IMG/VR virus record: IMGVR_UViG_3300033407_000015
Span: 1-58,006 of that record
Strand: one strand, 5' to 3'
Source of the DNA: a virus
Taxonomy: Duplodnaviria > Caudoviricetes
Length of the DNA: 58,006 nucleotides
Of this stretch, positions 1 through 8,212 are shown piece after piece; positions within the stretch are counted from its first letter, which is position 1; every line of letters begins with the position of its first letter. The notes beneath the pieces were generated by a model that worked only from the letters and a program-made list of their open reading frames with translations, made no database searches and had not been told where the DNA came from. The position numbers and the translations under genes are program-made.

Positions 1-135
1 GGTGGATCTTGGACGTTGTCTGTTACAGCCGAGGGCGCCGCGTCAGGAGGTGGCTGGTCTTTGCCAGTCTCGGGCGAGCGACGGACAATAGGTGGTGGGT
101 GGACTATTCCCGTCATCGGCACACCGTCGCCTTAA
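1..135 (+). CDS. 3' end of a virion-type protein (partial)
   Basis: Frame 1 is open from the window edge to TAA 133-135: GGSWTLSV..GGGWSLPV..GGGWTIPV repeats. The RBS (GAGGAGAG) of the next gene follows. Confidence 0.6.
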   Translation, partial: GGSWTLSVTAEGAASGGGWSLPVSGERRTIGGGWTIPVIGTPSP

Positions 136-147
136 GAGGAGAGCACA

Positions 148-1599
148 ATGGCAAGGTTCCTAGCTTACAAGCGCGCAGATCAGCAGGTCGTTACTGTCAA
201 CACCATTGACGTGTTGGTGGAGACGCTTGGGGGCACCATTGCTGGTGCCGATATCCTGGCTGACTTTCCAGGGCGATCGGAAAACGTTGTCGCTCAGTAT
301 CGCGGCGACTACTACATGCTCTATCGGACTGGAACGAACGAGGTTCACCTCTCAGTTCTCGATCTAGTTGGAGGAACCTGGGCTGACGTCCCTGGGTTCG
401 CTGCAATGACCACCGGCTCCGGCACGCTAACCCCACTCTGTCTTCACATCGTTAAGGATCGCCTTGTCGCGATCGTGAACTTGAGTAGTTCAGCCGGTAT
501 CGATGGGATTCTCGCTCGTCGTAGTGCGTCTGACGATGGTGGAGTGTGGAGCCCCACCGTTAGCCAGGTGTTTGCAACACAACCAACAAGCTCACGCGTA
601 GGTCCCAGTATCGTCTGGCACAACGCGGTGTTTTTCTCCACGTCAGAGGGGCTCGGCTACTACGATCCGGCTACAGACGCGATCTCTCCGGTCTTCGATA
701 CAGGAGACGATACGAACATCGTGGGACAGAAGGCTAATTTCGGCTCCTTCTCGTTCTTGCTTGGTGATCTCTATTACCTGCTCCCGACAGACAACCCTGT
801 TGGTGCCCCAAGCATTTACAAGCTCTCTAAGACCTGGTCGTCTCTTGCACCAACTGCGTTGCCCGCGTGGACAAGGCTGTTTGTTGTTCTCCCAGGAACA
901 GGGGGGATCATCGTCAACAACGACACGGGTAACTACTCGCTCTTCGTAAACAAGGCAGGAGTGCTGAGCGCACTTTACTCTGGGTCTCTCGGCTCGAAGC
1001 TCATCACTATCGCCCAGACAGGTGCGACCTACACAGTCACCGATCTCTCCGAGACGCTGCTGCCGGCTAACATTCGTACAGAGCCGAACCTTGGGTTCGC
1101 CTATTACGTTGATGATCGACGTCGCACCAACGAGCAACACACCATCATCGTGAGGTTTCGTCCCGCCATCCCACAGTCGATCAATCTGCTCTCTTGGGAC
1201 GGCGTTTCTGCGGTGACTCAGGTTGGGGTTCTGGATGATGGAGGTAGTGGTCTTGACCTCATGGTTCCGGACGTCGAGCGGGGTGATTTTCGGACCTACA
1301 CCGCGAACGAACCATCTTGCTTCGTTGATGACGTTAGCCAGCCATTCCCCGGTCGTGTGCGGCTTGACTACACGGTTCGGGACCAGAATTCGCGGACTAT
1401 CGATGTGATTCCGGAGTTCTCACTCGATGGTCAAACCTGGGCCGATATGACCCAAGGCGATGGCGACTCGGGGAAAGAGGGACTGGTCACTACACCAATT
1501 GGCTTGTCTTACTTCTTCTTTTGGGATGCGTTTGTCGATCTCGATGGTGACTTCGATAATGTCGACGTCCGCGTAGTCGCTAGGATCTCAGGAGTTTAG
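148..1599 (+). CDS. Putative tail/baseplate-associated virion protein, ~480-aa paralog family copy 1 (beta-rich, propeller-like)
   Basis: 483 aa, strong RBS, G/T/S/V-rich; size and C-terminal W-D motif shared with the 1776, 3422 and 5901 ORFs. Confidence 0.6.
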   Translation: MARFLAYKRADQQVVTVNTIDVLVETLGGTIAGADILADFPGRSENVVAQYRGDYYMLYRTGTNEVHLSVLDLVGGTWADVPGFAAMTTGSGTLTPLCLHIVKDRLVAIVNLSSSAGIDGILARRSASDDGGVWSPTVSQVFATQPTSSRVGPSIVWHNAVFFSTSEGLGYYDPATDAISPVFDTGDDTNIVGQKANFGSFSFLLGDLYYLLPTDNPVGAPSIYKLSKTWSSLAPTALPAWTRLFVVLPGTGGIIVNNDTGNYSLFVNKAGVLSALYSGSLGSKLITIAQTGATYTVTDLSETLLPANIRTEPNLGFAYYVDDRRRTNEQHTIIVRFRPAIPQSINLLSWDGVSAVTQVGVLDDGGSGLDLMVPDVERGDFRTYTANEPSCFVDDVSQPFPGRVRLDYTVRDQNSRTIDVIPEFSLDGQTWADMTQGDGDSGKEGLVTTPIGLSYFFFWDAFVDLDGDFDNVDVRVVARISGV

Positions 1600-1601
1600 A
1601 T

Positions 1602-1766
1602 ATGCTTAGGTTTACCTTTGAGGATGGATCGAGGCTTACGATCTCAACTTCTGCGACGGTCATCACCAATAAGGGGCCGGCGCAGGCAGATCAAGTCGTC
1701 ACTGGTGTCTACGTTCGATGTGGAACTGCGATGTTCTGCCGTGTTGACGACATCGCAGCACTCTAG
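1602..1766 (+). CDS. 54-aa small protein resembling half of a Hint (intein) domain
   Basis: Hand translation MLRFTFEDGSRLTISTSATVITNKGPAQADQVVTGVYVRCGTAMFCRVDDIAAL*. It fills the gap exactly, has GGAG upstream, and is below the ORF-track cutoff. Confidence 0.6.
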   Translation: MLRFTFEDGSRLTISTSATVITNKGPAQADQVVTGVYVRCGTAMFCRVDDIAAL

Positions 1767-1775
1767 GAGTAGACC

Positions 1776-3206
1776 GTGGCAACCACATTCCTCGTTCTCC
1801 GCACCAACGACACCAGCCCGCAGCTTTTCTGGCATGACGGTCAGAACATCGATCCCTCCGGGATCGGGGCGCTGCCCGCCGCCGTGCTGGAGACTCTCCC
1901 AGGCGCGTCTCGGGAAAACGTCAAGCACAACAATCGCGTGTTCACCTTCCTCGACACGATCTTCGTGGTCCACGATGGGATCATCTACGAGAGCACTGAC
2001 GAGGCGGCCACGTTTGCAAGCACGCACACATTGACGTCCACGGCGGTTGGTAACACCAACAACGCGCAGTGCATTGCGCCGATCCCGGTCATGGTCTCAG
2101 GCGCATTGAAGCTCATCGGTTTCTACATCCTGACCGGAGGCAACATCGGCGTCATGGAATACAACGTCGCCCTCGGAAGCTGGTCTAGCTCCGACACTGG
2201 CGTCGCCTCCGTCTCTCCGACTCTCGGTATGACCCTACCCGTCGCCTTTCAGGGGCTCGTCTACGTTCGAGTAGGCACTGCTTACATTGCCTATGACCCG
2301 GTCTCGACGGGCACCATCACGCTCTCGTCCGGTGTCTTGGGCGAGGGTGCCGATCAGATCATCGCGTGGAACGGGGATCTGTGGCTTGGCCCCATCGCCG
2401 ACGGCTCGAATCTCGGCATGGCAAAGCTCCAAGGTTCGACATGGGATGTCAACGTAGGCGGAGTCGTTCTTTCAGGGACGAACGCACCCTTCGCGGCCAG
2501 CAAGGGAGGTGTCTTCATCGATCCCAACACGAACAACCTCATCGTTTTGGTCGACTCGACCGCTGGATGGCACGTCTACCGGGTTACACCGGGTCTGGTG
2601 GTCACCGACCTCTCTGGAACAGTCAAGGGCCCGGCTCTTACGGCGCTCGGCGACTTCGGGGGCGATGCTTCGAGGGTTTGGCCACACATCACACGAGCAC
2701 CCGGGGGTGTCTACTCGGTCACGCTCTACGCATCTCGCGGACCAGAAACAACTGACCCTATCGAGCGGTTCGAGTGGGTCAACGACGCAACGATCTTCAC
2801 CGAAGTCGGTGTGGTTGGCGGCTCCGGTGACATGGCCTTCCCCTACGCCATCACAGGTGGAGATCAATACGGATTCTTTGTAGGTGAGAAGCGAGTTCTT
2901 CAGACCGCACAGGCGGCGAATCCCACGGGCATCACGATCACTTGTGAAGCCTTTCAGGATGGCGGATCGACGATGTCTGTGCGAGGGCACTTCGATAAGG
3001 CTAGCGTCGACGCGAATAGTCTGACGCTAGATCCCATGACCATCGGCAACCCGGTGGGCGCGGGCCTCAGCGTGAGTGGTGTGAACCCGGGTGCCCAAGT
3101 TGATGGCGTTCCAGCGAACAGAACCGCAATCACGTTTGACTGGGACCAGGTTACCGATGGTTTCATCACAGGGGACAACTATAGATTCCAGCTTGAGGCG
3201 CTCTAA
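1776..3206 (+). CDS. Virion protein, ~480-aa paralog family copy 2
   Basis: 476 aa, AGGAG RBS, beta-rich composition, C-terminal ITFDWD. Confidence 0.6.
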   Translation: MATTFLVLRTNDTSPQLFWHDGQNIDPSGIGALPAAVLETLPGASRENVKHNNRVFTFLDTIFVVHDGIIYESTDEAATFASTHTLTSTAVGNTNNAQCIAPIPVMVSGALKLIGFYILTGGNIGVMEYNVALGSWSSSDTGVASVSPTLGMTLPVAFQGLVYVRVGTAYIAYDPVSTGTITLSSGVLGEGADQIIAWNGDLWLGPIADGSNLGMAKLQGSTWDVNVGGVVLSGTNAPFAASKGGVFIDPNTNNLIVLVDSTAGWHVYRVTPGLVVTDLSGTVKGPALTALGDFGGDASRVWPHITRAPGGVYSVTLYASRGPETTDPIERFEWVNDATIFTEVGVVGGSGDMAFPYAITGGDQYGFFVGEKRVLQTAQAANPTGITITCEAFQDGGSTMSVRGHFDKASVDANSLTLDPMTIGNPVGAGLSVSGVNPGAQVDGVPANRTAITFDWDQVTDGFITGDNYRFQLEAL

Positions 3207-3212
3207 CCTGCG

Positions 3213-3419
3213 ATGACGTGGCTCCTAATGTGTGCTCATGAAACGGGTGTTGAAGTGCTGAAGTCTTACCCAGACGGTGCGCTCAAGATTTCCGTCTACG
3301 CGGGGAGAAACACCTTCGTTGATAAGCGTATCGACGAGATCATCGTTGGGGACCTAGTGTGTCATTATCCAGGTCGCGTTGGTGCCACACTTGAAGTGAC
3401 CCAGGTCGAGGAGATCTAG
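3213..3419 (+). CDS. 68-aa small protein with Hint-like motif
   Basis: KRIDEIIVGDLV...LEVTQVEEI; tightly packed between two large genes. Confidence 0.6.
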   Translation: MTWLLMCAHETGVEVLKSYPDGALKISVYAGRNTFVDKRIDEIIVGDLVCHYPGRVGATLEVTQVEEI

Positions 3420-3421
3420 TC

Positions 3422-4912
3422 ATGCCCCAAATGCTCGCCGTCCGCTACACGAACAAGGGAGGGAATACGCAGATCCAACCCCTGCGGAACAACAACGGAA
3501 CGTTCGTCGCGTTTGGGAACCCTTACACGCCGACTGGACTCACCCCTGACGCCAACACTAATAACGTGTCGAACCTCTGCGTCCAGTTTGGGGCGGAGTT
3601 CTGGTGTGGCGCCGGCCGAGAGTTGCGGCGCTACAACTCTAGTACAGGGAACTGGGACCTCGATACGCTCCTTTCCGATATCGTCACTAGCATCCCGGGG
3701 ATCTACATTGGGCGAGGCCCGAGCGGAGCGCTCCGGGCGCTGGTCGTTTACCAAAAATCCAACCAGCCGCACTACCGATTCCTCGACGCCCCAGCCGGTT
3801 CGTGGTCCGCAGAGGTCAACACCACACTCGGCATGGCCTCGACTGGACCAACAGCAGGTCTCGTCCACAACAATCAACTCCACCAAGGGCACGGTGTAGA
3901 CATTTTCACGCTTGACTTCGCCAGCCTTGGGGCCAGCAAGCAGACATTCACGGGTAACCCATTTCACCACGACCCTGCATTCTGTCGCGCCAAGAACAGA
4001 CTCTTCGCGCTCATGTGGCCAGTCGCCCCTACGGTGAACACTCGCCGGAACCTCTATGAATTTACCGGCGGCGCGTGGGCGTTGATGGTCGACGGCACTG
4101 TCGAGACTGCTATGCCGCACGCGGGAAATTCTGGTATCCCGAACGCTGAAACCCCCAATATCGGCATGTTCTACGACGAAGCCGGCGATTCGCTGATCGC
4201 CCACACATGGATCGAGGGGGATGGAGGAACACACGGTTGGAAGGTTTCAAGGATCCCCCTAGCCCTTACGGGAGTCACGGAGATCCAGGGCACGGTGGTC
4301 CCGGGCGGAGTCGATTTCCCCAATGGTCCATTGCTCACCATCAACGACTGTCGATTCACGGTCGAGGTCGATCAAGACACAGACCCGACCGTCCCCGTGA
4401 CCTACGTCTGGATCCTGCGCAACAACGGGGCGTGGGGGCGCTTCCAGTGGAATGGTGTCGGTTCCGCCATGACTGCGCTGGGTTCAGGAGGAGATCGTGG
4501 TGTCGCTCTCTCCCACAATAGCCACGGGGGAGGTGAGCGCTTCTATGACGGGTCAACTACTTTGCTTCCTGCTTATCACGTCGAGGAGGCGCAGGCGCGG
4601 GACCCCATCATCGGCGGCACACGAATCTATCTGCGCGGGTATCAGATCGATGAGACTGGTGGAGCGCCTACACCAATCGACGCAACAGTCGGTCTCTACT
4701 GGGGAACATCGCAAGGCCAACCTGACAATCTCGCTACGATCAGCAATCCTGTAAAGGTAAGCGGTTCGGGTGCGACGCCTATGGTCGTAGGTAACAAGAT
4801 CACCGATTTCACCTTTGATGGTGTGACTATCTATTCGGTTGATTGGGCAGCCGTCAGCGATGGAGTAGCCAGTCAGCAGTTTCACGCGTTGATGCCTCAC
4901 GTTGAGATCTAG
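3422..4912 (+). CDS. Virion protein, ~480-aa paralog family copy 3
   Basis: 496 aa; GGD..HGGGERFY and DGVTIYSVDW match the 5901 ORF (GGDVRHG..GGCRIF, DGVTVYTIIWD). Confidence 0.6.
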   Translation: MPQMLAVRYTNKGGNTQIQPLRNNNGTFVAFGNPYTPTGLTPDANTNNVSNLCVQFGAEFWCGAGRELRRYNSSTGNWDLDTLLSDIVTSIPGIYIGRGPSGALRALVVYQKSNQPHYRFLDAPAGSWSAEVNTTLGMASTGPTAGLVHNNQLHQGHGVDIFTLDFASLGASKQTFTGNPFHHDPAFCRAKNRLFALMWPVAPTVNTRRNLYEFTGGAWALMVDGTVETAMPHAGNSGIPNAETPNIGMFYDEAGDSLIAHTWIEGDGGTHGWKVSRIPLALTGVTEIQGTVVPGGVDFPNGPLLTINDCRFTVEVDQDTDPTVPVTYVWILRNNGAWGRFQWNGVGSAMTALGSGGDRGVALSHNSHGGGERFYDGSTTLLPAYHVEEAQARDPIIGGTRIYLRGYQIDETGGAPTPIDATVGLYWGTSQGQPDNLATISNPVKVSGSGATPMVVGNKITDFTFDGVTIYSVDWAAVSDGVASQQFHALMPHVEI

Positions 4913-4918
4913 GACGTT

Positions 4919-5839
4919 ATGCCGCACGCGGGTCCTATCGTCCATCAGGCGCTCGCTACGCTACCGCTCGATTTTGCCGGGCCAGTCCTTTCGGGGACTC
5001 TCGCAACATCACCAAGTGAGTTTGCCGGTCCTGTAGTCGTTGAGACGCTCTCGACGCTTCCAGAGATGTTTGCGGGCCCGGTTCTTTACGACGAGCTTGA
5101 AATTACAATCCCGAACTATTCGGGGTCGTCAGGAGCAGGCCCAGCGCTCCTGTCGCCTACGAACACCTATTCAGGTAAAACAGATGGCATAGCACGTATT
5201 CCTCCGCCGCAGGGCTTCTCTGGGGGCACAGGAGGGATCTTCCCTCGAACTGCCGTGCCTACCTTTGGTGGGGTCTCCGGCGCTCGCGCCGTAGTCTCTG
5301 TGCGCAACTACAGTGGGGTGACAGGCGGTAAGGTATCGGCAATTCTGCCAGTCAGAGGCTTCGGCGCTGGAACTGGTGGTGTCGTAACCGGAATTGAAAC
5401 CCCGATGTCCCTCACTGCGACAGTGATTGACGCTGGGTGTATTCGCCTGGATTGGATCGACCCTGGTCCTCCAGTCAATCCCAGTGATCCAGTAGAGAAC
5501 GGTTACAGGATCGAACGCTCTCTCGCGGGCGCGAACGATTGGTCTTCCATTGGAACTGTTGGCATGGACGTCGAGACGTTTCTTGATCGATTCGCTGTAC
5601 CGCTTGTCACTTATGACTATCGTGTGATTGGCTTCAACGCCACGAACGAGTCGCTGCCATCAAACATCGCCACTGCGGTAACCCCGCTTCCTCCCAATAT
5701 CTCTACGGGACCACCGCCTACCGCACCGGTTGATCCTCCTAGAAACCGAATCAAGCCCGATGTCATCGAGTTCAAGAGCCCAGGCACTTATGGGCTGGCG
5801 AAAGACGAAGACGGGAACGTAACTGGATTCAAATTCTAG
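4919..5839 (+). CDS. Virion protein with 16-aa FAGPV repeats, FN3-like domain and conserved C-terminal module
   Basis: FN3-like pattern P.SLTAT..IRLDW..GYRIERS..W..TYDYRV.GFN..ES.PSN; C-terminus shared with the 7347 ORF. Confidence 0.7.
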   Translation: MPHAGPIVHQALATLPLDFAGPVLSGTLATSPSEFAGPVVVETLSTLPEMFAGPVLYDELEITIPNYSGSSGAGPALLSPTNTYSGKTDGIARIPPPQGFSGGTGGIFPRTAVPTFGGVSGARAVVSVRNYSGVTGGKVSAILPVRGFGAGTGGVVTGIETPMSLTATVIDAGCIRLDWIDPGPPVNPSDPVENGYRIERSLAGANDWSSIGTVGMDVETFLDRFAVPLVTYDYRVIGFNATNESLPSNIATAVTPLPPNISTGPPPTAPVDPPRNRIKPDVIEFKSPGTYGLAKDEDGNVTGFKF

Positions 5840-5900
5840 TCTAAGAGGAGGCTAAACTAGGTCTAAGCCAACAGGTTACAATCGCAATTGGAGGCGTGGT

Positions 5901-7343
5901 ATGCCGAATCTCTTGTTCTTGGACGGAAAGTCTGGCGCCGGCGGCACAGCCTGTGCTGTGTTTCAGTACGTCAACGCAACACCAACGCAACTGGGTAACG
6001 CGTTTGGAACAAACTTCGGAACGGAGCAGCTTTCCGCCCCGAGAAACGGGGTGATCCAGTTCCAGGGTGAGCTTTACTCGTTCGCGAAGGACGGTATTTA
6101 CAAGAAGGACGACCCGACGCTTACGACGGGAGGTTGGACGCAACAGATAGCATTCACACTTGTGGTAGCAACTACCGGCTACTCCGGCCTCTATCCGATC
6201 GAAGTGGGCGGTGTCCTCAACCTGGTGGGCGTATTTAGGTCGAATGACACCTCAAATTCCTTTCGTTGGGTCAAGTTTGACGGCACAACGTGGACGCAGG
6301 CAGGAAGCTTCACTTCACTTCTTCAGACGAGCCACCTGATCGACGCGATCGTATACAGAGGCGTCCTGCATTGCGTTTGGTATCAGTCTAACCCCAACAC
6401 AACAACGTTTGATCCTGCGGCAAACAGCTTTGCGACAGTCACGCTGCCATTTTCCAGCGTCGGTGGTCACCAGAGCATGTGCGTGTTTCTGGATCGTCTG
6501 TTCATGGTTAGCAAAGCGAATGGCGCCCAATGGGCTCTTTATGAGTTCGCAGGTGGGACCTGGGGCCATGTGACCAATGTCGGCGTCACGACCAATGCTT
6601 CCGGCATTACTGAGGGTAAGGCGTGTCTGTTCACTGACGGCGTCAATATGTACGCTGCTTACCACACCCACCAGTTTTCCACTGCTGATACCGGCTGGCG
6701 TCTTGAGCAGTTCGATTCTGTGCTTGCACAAACGAACGCCACGGCCGATCTTCCGGCTGCGCTAAGAAGTGCGAATGACGGAGGATCCTTCGCCGGCGGC
6801 ACCGCTGTGCTTATCACGCACCGTATGTTCGCGATCTACGACGTAGATACGACGCTTGGTACGTTGGGGCTCTACCTCGCCCACACGGCAGAGTCGAACC
6901 CGGGAACTTCATACACGCTCTTCGTGCACAACGGGCCCGGATCGGTCATGACGTCTGTCGACGTCGGCGGAGACGTCCGACACGGCCCACCGTCAGGCCA
7001 CCCCCAGGGCGGTTGCCGAATCTTCACTCCGGGCGAGCTTGACGTGAAGATCGTGGCCCGAACCGCAGTCCTTGGCGGAGAGCAGATCAGCTTCACAGCT
7101 TATGGAGGAGGCACTGGTAGGAAGTTCAAGCTCTTCTACGCACTCGACGGAGAGCCGAATCTGCTTGAGGCCACGCTCGCAACGCCGGTCACAGGAGGCT
7201 CCGCGACCTTCAACGCGGGGCTCAACCAGGTGGAGGACATCGCAGCGGACGGGGTGACCGTCTACACGATTATCTGGGATATCACCGCAGACTCCGTAGT
7301 TGCTGGTACGATTCTGGATCGCTTCCCGCAGATCACGGTGTAG
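5901..7343 (+). CDS. Virion protein, ~480-aa paralog family copy 4
   Basis: 480 aa, GGAGG RBS, similarity to the 3422 ORF. Confidence 0.6.
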   Translation: MPNLLFLDGKSGAGGTACAVFQYVNATPTQLGNAFGTNFGTEQLSAPRNGVIQFQGELYSFAKDGIYKKDDPTLTTGGWTQQIAFTLVVATTGYSGLYPIEVGGVLNLVGVFRSNDTSNSFRWVKFDGTTWTQAGSFTSLLQTSHLIDAIVYRGVLHCVWYQSNPNTTTFDPAANSFATVTLPFSSVGGHQSMCVFLDRLFMVSKANGAQWALYEFAGGTWGHVTNVGVTTNASGITEGKACLFTDGVNMYAAYHTHQFSTADTGWRLEQFDSVLAQTNATADLPAALRSANDGGSFAGGTAVLITHRMFAIYDVDTTLGTLGLYLAHTAESNPGTSYTLFVHNGPGSVMTSVDVGGDVRHGPPSGHPQGGCRIFTPGELDVKIVARTAVLGGEQISFTAYGGGTGRKFKLFYALDGEPNLLEATLATPVTGGSATFNAGLNQVEDIAADGVTVYTIIWDITADSVVAGTILDRFPQITV

Positions 7344-7346
7344 CCA

Positions 7347-7976
7347 GTGCCCCTCGGTCCTCCTACTACAGGTGCGGTAGCCTCCAGCCCGACCGCTACA
7401 CTCGGCCCTCCCTCTTCTAGCGCCGTAATGTCGATACCGTCTGCGGTGGTAGGGCCGCCAACTTCCGGTGCGACTGTAGGTATCCCAGGTGCCTCACTCG
7501 GTCCCGTCTCCGATCAGTTCGTCTCCGCTAATCCGCTTGATTCGACCGGTCCAGTTTTCGATCACGATGCGGCAGCTTCACCTACTGCCAGTAATGGTCC
7601 GACTTCAGATCAAGCTGTGTCCCATGACCCGACCGATTCATTTGGCCCAGTCGATGATGATTGGCTTAGCCCCGCGTTTGCGAGCAATACAGGACCGGTC
7701 TTTGACCACGAGATAGCGGCGATCATTGGAGGACTTCCTGCGCACGGTCCTGTCGATGACGGTTTTGCGCTTGCGGGGATCTCCGCGCACGGACCTGCGT
7801 TCGATCACGTCATTGTCGCTCCCCCTCCTTTTCTAAACGTCAAAAACCCAGACACCAGCGCAGGTCCGGTTCCTGTTAGAAATCAGATTGATCCTGATGA
7901 AGTAGAGTTTCTCAGTCCTGGTATTTATGGCCTGGAGAAGGACGATGATGGTGTTGTTACCGGGTTCAAATACTAG
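7347..7976 (+). CDS. Virion protein with ~16-aa xGP repeats and conserved C-terminal module
   Basis: About 10 GP-periodic repeats; C-terminus RNQIDPDEVEFLSPGIYGLEKDDDGVVTGFKY. Confidence 0.65.
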   Translation: MPLGPPTTGAVASSPTATLGPPSSSAVMSIPSAVVGPPTSGATVGIPGASLGPVSDQFVSANPLDSTGPVFDHDAAASPTASNGPTSDQAVSHDPTDSFGPVDDDWLSPAFASNTGPVFDHEIAAIIGGLPAHGPVDDGFALAGISAHGPAFDHVIVAPPPFLNVKNPDTSAGPVPVRNQIDPDEVEFLSPGIYGLEKDDDGVVTGFKY

Positions 7977-8212
7977 AGGGCTGACGGCGACGGCGTTTAA
8001 CCCGATTGAGGACGCACAGTCACCAACTTCTACCCTTCTGTCTTCTCGTAACCTAGAATTCCTGATCCCAGTTACATTCGGCCTCGAAAGAGACCTGGGT
8101 GGTAACACCAGGTGTAGTAAGTTCTAATGGGTGAGGAGATCTACTCATGGCATTCGTCTACTCTGATCGAAGTGATTGAGTATTGGGTGTGATCTTGGTG
8201 AGGCTCTAGATT

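Noticed and set aside
1618-2034. 138-aa + strand ORF
   Set aside because: Overlaps the better-supported 1602 and 1776 ORFs; Ser/Arg-rich off-frame composition.
3213-3419. Functional split-intein N-fragment
   Set aside because: No meaningful extein, no block B TxxH, and no partner C-fragment ending HN-(C/S/T) nearby; kept only as a Hint-like ORF.
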